NCBI GenBank assembly: GCA_002269645.1
Contig: NIVC01000282.1
Coordinates: 124,001-188,000, forward strand
DNA: 64,000 nucleotides
DNA from: Macrostomum lignano
Lineage: Eukaryota
Reading direction: 5' to 3'
The position numbers and the translations under genes were made by a program. The notes beneath the pieces were generated by a model. The model worked only from the letters and a program-made list of their open reading frames with translations. It did not search any database and had not been told where the DNA came from. Shown here one piece after another: positions 8,936-18,826 of the stretch; the first letter of the stretch is position 1; the number at the start of each line of letters is the position of its first letter.

Positions 8936-9568
8936 ATGACCGAGATGGATACCTGCCCCTGCTGCCTCGAGGCACGGGAGCCGATGCTCCCGACTTGTGA
9001 ATGGGGGCACCAGGTGTGCTTCCCCTGCGACGAGCGGGCGCGAGAAATTGGCGACGTGACGATCCTTACCGCCTGCCCCGTCTGTCGCAGACCGCGGGTC
9101 CAATGTGCCCTTTGCGGCGACCAGCCCAATGTACGACTCTGTTCAAATCGGCATTGGGTGTGTTTCAGCTGTCTTCAGCGGTACGGTGCACGAGACATCA
9201 TGACGTGCACCGTGTGCCTGGCTCCGCTGTCCAACACAGCATCCGTACTACTGGCACCGATGCTCGCCGTACCGGAGCTAACGCTGGCGGAGCCGGATGA
9301 GCTAACCCTGGAACAGCTGGCCGTCGCCGTACGAACGTGGCCATGGCCGCTTCAGCATCAGGCCGACTGGCGGTGGTTACTAGACATCGCCAGGACTATG
9401 GTGCGTACAGCAGAACCGCTTACGACCATAGAGGCCTATCTGCTTTTGCTGGAGCGGACCGAGGATCCGCGATTCACTAAGTTTCAGTCGCTGTACTGGG
9501 CAGTGGCATCCCTGGTGGCGCGAACCACGCATCAGGTGAGCAGCCTGCTCAGGACAAGCTTCGGCTGA
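8936..9568 (+). CDS. Accessory ORF4 of the retroelement: double RING-like zinc-finger protein, paralogous to ORF3
   Basis: 210 aa; CPCC..C..GH.VC..C..CPVC then CALC..C..RH.VC..C..CTVC; Cys/His spacing nearly identical to ORF3. Confidence 0.8.
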   Translation: MTEMDTCPCCLEAREPMLPTCEWGHQVCFPCDERAREIGDVTILTACPVCRRPRVQCALCGDQPNVRLCSNRHWVCFSCLQRYGARDIMTCTVCLAPLSNTASVLLAPMLAVPELTLAEPDELTLEQLAVAVRTWPWPLQHQADWRWLLDIARTMVRTAEPLTTIEAYLLLLERTEDPRFTKFQSLYWAVASLVARTTHQVSSLLRTSFG

Positions 9569-9795
9569 ATGCCTCGGCAGCAGCGCGAGGACAGCAGGTA
9601 TCCCCGGCAGAAGACATGATTAACTTTAACTGAGCGTGGACTCAACACCACTAACCTTTATTAACACACAATGTATATTACGTGCATATATGTTAATAAA
9701 GAGAATTATGTAACCAATTTAAAGTTAAAGTATGGAATAATTCAATTACCCAAGATTTTTATTTCATTGTTAAAACTCGGGACGAGTTTTTTCGT

Positions 9796-9807
9796 AAAAA
9801 AGGGAGA
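9796..9807 (+). other. Polypurine tract (plus-strand primer)
   Basis: AAAAAAGGGAGA ending 3 nt before the TGT start of the LTR, preceded by a CTCGGGACGAG motif often seen upstream of gypsy PPTs. Confidence 0.85.
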
Positions 9808-9810
9808 TTT

Positions 9811-10671
9811 TGTAGAGTGTTCTACCTCCCGTTAAAAAAGGAAAAAAGAAGATAATCGTATAATACTACTATAAGTAAGTAAGTACACGCATGTGCGCCT
9901 AAGCTTTGAATGAATCACGCTACCAGAAAAAGATGTTACCAGAATAATACGCCATGAGCCATTTTCCCCTTTTAGCGCAACACGTGAATTGTCATGATAC
10001 TATTTTGGATCAAAAACTTGTCTATAAATACAAGCGATCTGAAGCGGTACCGGAGCCATTCTCCCCACGGAAGAGGAGCGCTCCGAAGAGGAAGCCTTAG
10101 GAGGACTTCCTGATCTACCAAGTCAATCGAGACTCGGTCGAGTTGTTGCGGTAAGCCTTCCTTATTTGCGCCCGTTGTGTTAGAGACGTCTCGCTCAAGT
10201 CTATTGAGACTTGAGTCTAATTGAGTCTGTTGAGACTCTTGAGTCTGTTTAGACTCCATTGGTTGCAGTCTCCAGAAGGACTGCCCTTGATAGATCTTAG
10301 AGGACTATCAGTGGTTTCCGGAGCTATACCTAGAGTGCATAGAGGCACTGCTAGAAGAAGGAGGCTTAATTTAGACCGCAGTTTGGCGCAGGGTACCCAT
10401 TGTTGCTACGAGGCCTCTGATTGGTCCTGACGGAAGATACCGGCCGGAAGAACTTATCGGAAGTACAAGAGGAACCAGGACCAGAGCAACTGAAGAATCA
10501 AGGCGCCTGATCTACGAGATCTACTGACAAGTTCCTAGCGAGAACTACTCAAGAAATTCAAATCCGGATTAAAGGTAATTGAATACCTTCGTTTGACTTA
10601 CTGGGTTGCCTAGCTGTTGAGCTAGAAGTGATTGTTCCTTGATTATCGAAAGTCGGGTAATAAGGAACACA
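9811..10671 (+). repeat. 3' LTR (~861 bp)
   Basis: Starts TGTAGAG next to the PPT and ends ...GGAACACA where unrelated repeat sequence resumes; TATA at 10023; U5 hairpin at 10633-10669. The partner LTR is not in the window, so the right end is inferred. Confidence 0.75.
10023..10030 (+). promoter_or_regulatory. TATA box in LTR U3
   Basis: TATAAATA about 210 bp into the LTR. Confidence 0.6.
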
Positions 10672-10730
10672 TCAAAATGAGTGCCAGTGGCTCTAAAATG
10701 AGCGCTGACAACACCGATTCTGAAAATAAT
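10672..10730 (+). repeat. Fragment of the AAAATGAGTGCC-satellite-bearing dispersed element (target of the LTR insertion)
   Basis: AAAATGAGTGCC..AAAATGAGCGCTGACAA..GATTCTGAAAATAAT matches the array end at ~49495-49535. Confidence 0.7.
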
Positions 10731-10954
10731 GTATATATATAGGAACTTTGTCATGTACATGTACATGTAGAATTCTTGGCTTTGTCCCACCCCATCATAA
10801 AATCCATGGCTATGCATGTATACATATATTGATCTCATGCTGAAAGGCTATGAATTCCCCTTCGATCACGAGCCCATGCCGTTCGTTCGGCAGTCTACTA
10901 GCATATGGTACACGATTCTGTGATCTTGCTTCTCCGCAAAGAGGGGGGGCAAGG

Positions 10955-11100
10955 AGGGGATTGTAACCTAGTGGCTGGAGCATCTGACTCACGACTTGAA
11001 GGTCGGGGAATCGATTCCCGATCCCACTTGGAACAATTGCGGCTTTAAGCAAGACTGTTCACACAGCTGTAAAATGGGTGCCAGCATTAGCTGGGGTAAT
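10955..11100 (+). mobile_element. Degenerate tRNA-derived SINE
   Basis: A-box-like TAACCTAGTGG and B-box-like GAATCGATTCCC, followed by the SINE-core-like CAGCTGTAAAATGGGTGCCAGC. Confidence 0.5.
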
Positions 11101-11174
11101 TGAGGGTGTGTGTGGTGGCGCCCCCCCCCCCTCCTTGGACTAAACTGCCTTCAGATGCGCCGCGCAATAGCTGC

Positions 11175-12172
11175 GGCATCTGCTTCCTTATTTTGGCATC
11201 TGCTTCCTTATTTTGGCATCTGCTTCCTTATTTTGGCATCTGCTTCCTTATTTTGGCATCTGCTTCCTTACTTTGGCATCTGCTTCCTTATTTTGGCATC
11301 TGCTTCCTTACTTTGGCATCTGCTTCCTTACTTTGGCATCTGCTTCCTTATTTTGGCATCTGCTTCCTTATTTTGGCATCTGCTTCCTTATTTTGGCATC
11401 TGCTTCCTTATTTTGGCATCTGCTTCCTTATTTTGGCATCTGCTTCCTTATTTTGGCATCTGCTTCCTTATTTTGGCATCTGCTTCCTTATTTTGGCATC
11501 TGCTTCCTTATTTTGGCATCTGCTTCCTTATTTTGGCATCTGCTTCCTTATTTTGGCATCTGCTTCCTTATTTTGGCATCTGCTTCCTTATTTTGGCATC
11601 TGCTTCCTTATTTTGGCATCTGCTTCCTTATTTTGGCATCTGCTTCCTTATTTTGGCATCTGCTTCCTTATTTTGGCATCTGCTTCCTTATTTTGGCATC
11701 TGCTTCCTTATTTTGGCATCTGCTTCCTTATTTTGGCATCTGCTTCCTTATTTTGGCATCTGCTTCCTTATTTTGGCATCTGCTTCCTTATTTTGGCATC
11801 TGCTTCCTTATTTTGGCATCTGCTTCCTTATTTTGGCATCTGCTTCCTTATTTTGGCATCTGCTTCCTTATTTTGGCATCTGCTTCCTTATTTTGGCATC
11901 TGCTTCCTTATTTTGGCATCTGCTTCCTTATTTTGGCATCTGCTTCCTTATTTTGGCATCTGCTTCCTTATTTTGGCATCTGCTTCCTTATTTTGGCATC
12001 TGCTTCCTTATTTTGGCATCTGCTTCCTTATTTTGGCATCTGCTTCCTTATTTTGGCATCTGCTTCCTTATTTTGGCATCTGCTTCCTTATTTTGGCATC
12101 TGCTTCCTTATTTTGGCATCTGCTTCCTTATTTTGGCATCTGCTTCCTTATTTTGGCATTTGCTTCCTCACT
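11175..12172. repeat. Minisatellite, 20-bp unit GGCATCTGCTTCCTTATTTT, ~50 near-identical copies
   Basis: Direct reading; explains the three overlapping repetitive ORFs. Confidence 0.98.
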
Positions 12173-12774
12173 TTGACAAGATCATATATGCACAAGATGG
12201 GGCCTCTCATTAACCACTTATGTGGCCACAGAAGCCAATGTGAAAAAAAATTGCAACTCGCGACAGCGCGAAAATCAACTACTGAACTTAAACTCAATTT
12301 CGTCAGTAGTCTCTGCAGTGCATGCATCATTCTTAGTTTGCTTGAGTAGCTTTTTATCTAATTCATTTGCTTGCATGTATCACATACAAAAATTCCGTTC
12401 CACTGAGATACCTGCGAAGGCTGTCCCTAATCGGATTATTTCATATCTGACAAAACGAGCGAGGTCAAACTTTCCCTATTGACAGTATGACATTGATGCA
12501 GAATGACATTTTCATCCAGTTTCCAATTTACCGTTTTATCAGGACGCAACACTCAATACGAAGTGAGACCTATCTAGGGAATCGTAAGATCTATGGATTG
12601 AACAAAGTTCTGATCTGACTCATAGGACACTTGTCTCCCGAATACTTCCAGAGCAATTCTCTTCCTCTTCATAACAACGATAGATTTCTTGGTAAATCTT
12701 AAGCCGTTTCTTAGTAAAGAAGTCAACTTTAGTTAAATTCGAAGACAGCTTGCTGCAGACCAGCGAAAATCGAC

Positions 12775-13388
12775 ACGGGTGAGTGTGTTTGGTGGATATC
12801 CAGCACCATTGACACGGGTGAGTGTGTTTGTTGGATATCCAGCACCATTGACACGGGTGAGTGTGTTTGGTGGATATCCAGCTCCATTGACACGGGTGTG
12901 TGTTATGTTTAGTGGATATCCAGCTCCATTGACACGGGTGTGTGTTATGTTTAGTGGATATCCAGCACCATTGACACGGGTGAGTGTGTTTGGTGGATAT
13001 CCAGCTCCATTGACACGGGTAAGTGTGTTTGGTGGATATCCAGCTCCATTGACACGGGTGAGTGTGTTATGTTTAGTGGATATCCAGCTCCATTGACACG
13101 GGTGAGTGTGTTTAGTGGATAACCAGCTCCATTGACACGGGTGAGTGTGTTTGGTGGATATCCAGCTCCATTGACACGGGTGAGTGTGTTTGGTGGGTGA
13201 GTGTGTTTGGTGGATATCCAGCTCCATTGACACGGGTGAGTGTGTTTGGTGGATATCCAGCTCCATTGACACGGGTGAGTGTGTTATGTTTAGTGGATAT
13301 CCAGCTCCATTGACACGGGTGAGTGTGTTATGTTTGGTGGATATCCAGCTCCATTGACACGGGTGAGTGTGTTTAGTGGATATCCAGC
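12775..13388. repeat. Minisatellite, 39/44-bp unit GACACGGGTGAGTGTGTTTGGTGGATATCCAGCTCCATT
   Basis: Direct reading, ~14 copies. Confidence 0.95.
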
Positions 13389-15343
13389 ACGATCGACACG
13401 AATCACCTCGACCCGGGAAAAAATCAGGAAGGAACTAGTTAACTGTAAAGCTACGAAGATTAGGCGAACGAATCGATAAAACACTTGCAGTGTTTCATTT
13501 CTTCTCTCTTTTACCTCTTCTCAATAATTTTTTCTATGGTAAAACGCGGAGGCTTGGCCCCCACCATACCCACAAAATTTCTTCTATAGCTACTATTTTT
13601 TTATATTTCACATAGAAATTTCCGGGTTGTATTTTTGCTACAAGTGTACATGTAGAACTTTAAGATGGATATACATACACTCGTAGCATAGAGCTAAGGA
13701 ATCTATGAGATTCTAATGAATTCTAATTTTGTAATCAAATAATCCAAACATGTATCTTATTTACCATGCACTTGTACAGCTAAACCAGAGTCTTTCTTTG
13801 GTCTGAAACCCAACTATTTTTGGCTTGACCTCGCCGACCTAACGGTGTATCTGCGGTCTCAATGAGCACAGACGCAAAAACCACCCTTCAAGCACGGTCG
13901 ACCAGGGCGCAGTTGATACTGAGCACTGTGAACATAACTTCCGCATCCAAAGAGCGTTTGTTGTTGTTGTTTGGTGCCAGCTGGTACCAGCGCGGATCAG
14001 CCCTGAGATAGTGATGGGTCCTCCAGGAGCTTAAAGCTCGGGCCACACCTCAAAGTTGGATCCCTTTGTCGGGAATCGGGCGCTTTCAAAGGCGTCGGAA
14101 CCCTTGTGGAGTTTGGCTGTCCTAAATGCGAAGCTTAATTTTTTTCAAGGCAGGGTCGAACGTGGGCGGGCACACAGAAGCCCAGTGAGATCGATTGCTT
14201 CTGCTCCCATAAACAAGTGAGCTACCAACATCTGGAGCACAAGCCTTCCAGGTGGTCCATTTACATAAAGTTACACAAAATACCCTCCGGATCGAGTGTA
14301 CCAAATAAACTAACTAACTAAATAAGTAATACGGCGCCTCAGCCATTGAGCAGGCTCTTACGCCACTAGAGAAATATATGAGTTCCAGATAGGGAGTGTA
14401 CTTATGTGACAGCGGTTCGACGAACCAGTCAGGAGCCCGTGCCCAAAACCAGGTTAGATAGACCCTTTAGCCTATTAGGGATGGCCCGAAGGCCTAGAGC
14501 CGTGGCAACCATGCTGGGGCCGACCGCCCACCACCCCCGGGTACAAATCACAAACCTCCCCGGGGCCAGAGGGGGTTGAGTGAACCAATCAGGGGAGCCC
14601 GTGCCTTCTCCAGGGTTAGATAAGCCAAAAACCGGTCAATTGACCGCCCCCACGGCCGTGGCAACCCGAAGGAGCCTCCCCCCCCAACTAAACCCCGGGT
14701 ACTCTTGCCAGACAGTCTCTTATCTTTGAAGCGGCAGGAGGGCTATTCGCCGGGACTATTTCACCCTTTGCTTCGCCAACCCGCCATTTCTATAGTGACC
14801 GTGCCAACGGTCTCGTCCTGCTCAGACTCAGTCCTGGTTCTGGCACACTCCAGCTTTAATAGGGTCGCTGGCTGTACGCTCAGAGGGCGCCTGAGGGAGA
14901 CCGTCAGAACACCTTGGTACAGGTATAGGCCTGCCTTCCTATACAGCTACCCACAGCCCTTCCCGATCCACTATTACCCTCCAACCCAGCCTACTCACTC
15001 ATTACAAGCTTTCAGCCAGGCAGAGACAAGTTTCACAGGAGTGACTGCGGTTAGGCGTCTCTATGCGAGACAAAACCAAATAAACAATCATAAGAGACTT
15101 ATACAATCCAGTATCCAGCAAAGCGTCTAATCTAACCTACTGACAAACATTTCTCCGAGCTAAAACTACTAACAGTAGCATAAAAACAAACCGCTGATTA
15201 CAGCTTCTCACAGTGAAATAAATGAATCAAAGTAAAAAAATAATTTTTAACTGATTATGCGGCCAAATTCAGTTGATAGTGTATATTGATTTATTAGTTT
15301 CAGAGGGAATGTCACCAAACACCGAGTTAAATTTAGAGACAGT

Positions 15344-15850
15344 TCAGGCGCTTCCAGTCAAGAAGAAGGCCCGCCTGGTCACGCTGCGGTCAGTGTACAA
15401 GTAGATTGACACCTCAGAGCGGGGGGCGGTATTTAGCGTGTAACGCAGGTTGTTGCTCTGATAGCCCCTGAGCCGGTAGCCAGAGCTCCGGTAGCTAGTG
15501 CTAGTGTAGTTGATGGTGAGGTAGTCGCAGCAGCTTTCAGTCTGGAAGTTGCGCAGGTTGAGGTTCACAGAGCCGCCGCGCCTGTTCTCAGTGCTGTTCA
15601 CCAGGACGTAGCGACACCTCAGATTGTTGCTGTACTGGCCGCCGCAGACACCGTTGGAGGCGGCGTTCAGAAAGAAGCGAGTGTTGCCGTAGCTCCTCGT
15701 CTTGTAGAGGGTTGGGCAGGTGGACGCTGGAACAGTTTGGCGGGTCAACAGGGCAATTGTAGTTAAAATATCATAGGTCTACATATTGCTTAACTTACAG
15801 ACAAAAGCGGCGAAGCAAGCCAGCACCAGGACGCAGATGAACAGCTTCAT
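15344..15850 (-). CDS. Small secreted single-CUB-domain protein (exons 15850-15799 and 15726-15344)
   Basis: Signal peptide MKLFICVLVLACFAAFVS; 72-bp phase-1 GT-AG intron (15798-15727); CUB motifs YSNNLRCRY, FQTESCCDYLTI, YTDRSVTRRAF; AATAAA at 15295-15290. Confidence 0.85.
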
Positions 15851-15945
15851 CACTGCAGCGATTGAAGTCGATTTTCAGATTATTTGATAGCTTATTGTTA
15901 GTAGCTCAACTGCTGTTGCAAGATTTCCCGTGTCTTGTGGACAGG

Positions 15946-15953
15946 TATTTATA
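15946..15953 (-). promoter_or_regulatory. TATA box of the CUB gene
   Basis: TATAAATA on the minus strand ~95 bp upstream of the ATG. Confidence 0.55.
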
Positions 15954-16374
15954 AGCAATGGAGCTTCCGCTAGTGACTACGCCTAACTTTACTTAAAATT
16001 GATTCTTATTTGATCACCTGAGCACACACAGACCAATTAGTCAATTAAGAAATCGGGGCAAAAAATACCTTGTAAGGCAACAGTTAGCGACACTTGAGAA
16101 AAGTTCAAGACAATTTGCGCGGAAACCTGTTTGATCAGCTTTGCCGCAATTAGAACTGGGAACTTTCTTTGAATAATTTAGCAACTTTCTTATTTAGGAC
16201 AAAGTTTTCTAATTCTAAGTAGGCATCGAGGCACAATGCTGTAATGCGTTCGTTAACTTGCAATGTCAGTTTAGAATACTTTGTGAGATTCTCTGGAGGG
16301 AATGGAAGGGTACGATAAATCTCAAAATCCAAACCTAAGCCTTAACATCTCAGTATCCCAACCTGTACATCCTA

Positions 16375-17090
16375 TATTGACCCTTGGAAACTCAGCATCC
16401 CACATTGAGCCTTGGAAACTCAGCAACATATATTGAGCCTTGGAAACTCAGCATCCCACATTGAGCCTTGGAAACTCAGCAACATATATTGAGCCTTGGA
16501 AACTCAGCATCCCACATTGAGCCTTCGCAACTCAGCAACATATATTGAGCCTTGGCAACTCAGCATCCTATATTGAGCCTTGGAAACTCAGCAACATATA
16601 TTGAGCCTTGGAAACTCAGCAACATATATTGAGCCTTGGAAACTCAGCAACATATATTGAGCCTTGGAAACTCAGCATCCCACATTGAGCCTTGGAAACT
16701 CAGCATCCCACATTGAGCCTTCGCAACTCAGCAACATATATTGAGCCTTGGCAACTCAGCATCCCACATTGAGCCTTGGAAACTCAGCATCCTACATTGA
16801 GCCTTGGAAACTCAGCATCCCACATTGAGCCTTGGAAACTCAGCATCCTATATTGAGCCTTGGAAACTCAGCATCCTATATTGAGCCTTGGAAACTCAGC
16901 ATCCTATATTGAGTCTTGGCAACTCAGCATCCTATATTGAGCCTTGGCAACTCAGCATCCTATATTGAGCCTTGGAAACTCAGCATCCTATATTGAGTCT
17001 TGGCAACTCAGCATCCTATATTGAGCCTTGGCAACTCAGCATCCTATATTGAGTCTTGGCAACTCAGCATCCCACATTGAGACTTGGCAT
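16375..17090. repeat. Minisatellite, 28-bp unit ATTGAGCCTTGGAAACTCAGCATCCCAC
   Basis: Direct reading, ~25 copies. Confidence 0.95.
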
Positions 17091-17794
17091 CCCAAATGAC
17101 CAAAAGCAGAAGACGCCAATTCAAGCAAGTGTTTGTGGCTAGTAAAAATTCGATACAATTTTCTGGACACGCGGCTTTCATAAAGGACCCATGCTTTCAG
17201 TGATTGCTGCAGTATATATTATATGTCGATAAGAATAGGCAGATTAAATCATTTTGCACAGTTAAATTGCTGAAATTTTCAATAGTCAGTTCACAACAGC
17301 AACATGAGGGTTCAGAATCGAGCATGCGTTTAATAACTGAATTAATTTACAGAATATAAAATATGACGAAATAGAAGACAAAACTATATTTCATTTATCG
17401 TAATAAAAATTAAGGAATAATCAATCAATAATAAATATAATAATCAATAAAGATTTTTATAGAAGAGTTGGATAGAATAGGGCACTGTCTATACTACAGC
17501 AATTGAAAAAAACAGACTCAAGACACTCTTCTAGCATTCAATAATGTTCATCTGTATGTATTATGCAAGAATTTGAAAAAGAAAAAAATGGCCCAGAAAA
17601 GATTAGAGAACTTTGCAAATTACACGCCAATAGGCTGGTGTGCTGATACAAAAGAGAAACGGAAAGGATTCTAGAATAATTTCAAAATTTGGTAATATTT
17701 GGTAGTGAAATTTCCGGGCACAGTATAAAATCATAGGCGAGTAACTAAAATTGTAACTCTTATCAGACTGTAACTGTAACAGATACCTAAGGCC

Positions 17795-18275
17795 ACTTCT
17801 CACAGATATCAAGAGCCACTTCTCACAGTATCTAGGGCCCCTTCTCACAGATATCAAGGGCCTCTTCTCACATATCTAGGGCCCCTTCTCACAGATATCA
17901 AGGGCCCCTTTTTACAGATATCAAGGGCCTCTTCTCACAGATATCTAGGGCCTCTTCTCACAGATATCTAGGGCCATTTCTCACAGATATCAAGGGTCCC
18001 TTCTCACAGATATCTAGGGCCTCTTCTCACAGGTATCAAGGGCCTCTTCTCACGGATATCAATGACCTCTTCTCACGGATATCAATGGCATCTTCTCACG
18101 GATATCAATGACCTCTTCTCACGGATATCAATGACCTCTTCTCACGGATATCAATGACCTCTTCTCACGGATATCAATGACCTCTTCTTACAGGTATCAA
18201 GGGCCTCTTCTCACGGATATCAATGACCTCTTCTCACGGATATCAATGGCCTCTTCTCACGGTATCAATGGCCCC
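17795..18275. repeat. Minisatellite, 23-bp unit TTCTCACAGATATCAAGGGCCTC
   Basis: Direct reading, ~20 copies. Confidence 0.93.
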
Positions 18276-18826
18276 TTGTCAGAGACACAAGAGTTAATGT
18301 ATAGATCACCAGCATCCTGATTTTGTTTTGATACACACGAAAACAAAACAAATATTTTGCAAAGCTCTCACTTAATCTAAAGATTAGAGCTGGTCTATTA
18401 AGAAGTACAACAAACAGAGAACGTGACGTACAATGGAGCAGAAAGACAGAAGTAAAGCAAAGTTGCCATTGAGATGGGATACACGGCTTACGTTGCTCAT
18501 TGATCAAATGTTTTGCAAGCATGATAATAATATGCATGGCCAATTAATCGCTTTTGGTAGGCAGCATTGCAGCAGGTAAACTGATCAACTCAGTCATAGT
18601 AGTGCATGTAAAAAGTCTATGGGTGAGTGCACTGGAATCTGGAAATCCTCAAACACCGCAAATGTTAAGAGGAAAGTGTGTTAAATAAACAAACTGTACG
18701 TTCATTTGGGCATTAAGTACGGAGCTACTGCCGTGAGTAGGCTGTGCAGAAAACTAATTTGATCGCTTCACAAAAGTTATTCAAAAAACCAACATGGAAG
18801 GCACTGGCGTGTGCAAGTTGTAAATC

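Larger units (their letters stand above)
1..10671 (+). mobile_element. Ty3/Gypsy (Metaviridae-type) LTR retroelement / endogenous virus with gag-env-pol order and two 3' accessory ORFs; 5' LTR lies upstream of the window
   Basis: CCHC knuckle, protease LDSG, RT YVDD, RNase H IETDAS and integrase HHCC + DDE in PR-RT-RH-IN order; PPT at 9796-9807 followed by a TGT...ACA LTR at 9811-10671. Confidence 0.95.

Noticed and set aside
8185-9568. 3' ORFs as a conventional env gene
   Set aside because: No signal peptide or TM; Cys/His spacing is RING-like; the env-like region lies upstream of pol
9818-10669. Alternative LTR boundaries TGTTC...GAACA
   Set aside because: Gives a neat 5-bp inverted repeat but leaves 10 nt between PPT and LTR; 9811 fits PPT adjacency better. 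Needs the 5' LTR to settle
11100-12349. Three long hydrophobic ORFs (358-378 aa)
   Set aside because: Pure translations of the 20-bp array, open in all three frames; no unique coding sequence
13430-15250. Possible retroelement remnant with duplicated ~45-bp motifs (14420-14700) and ORF 14705-15130
   Set aside because: No recognisable protein motif or termini; cannot be classified from sequence alone
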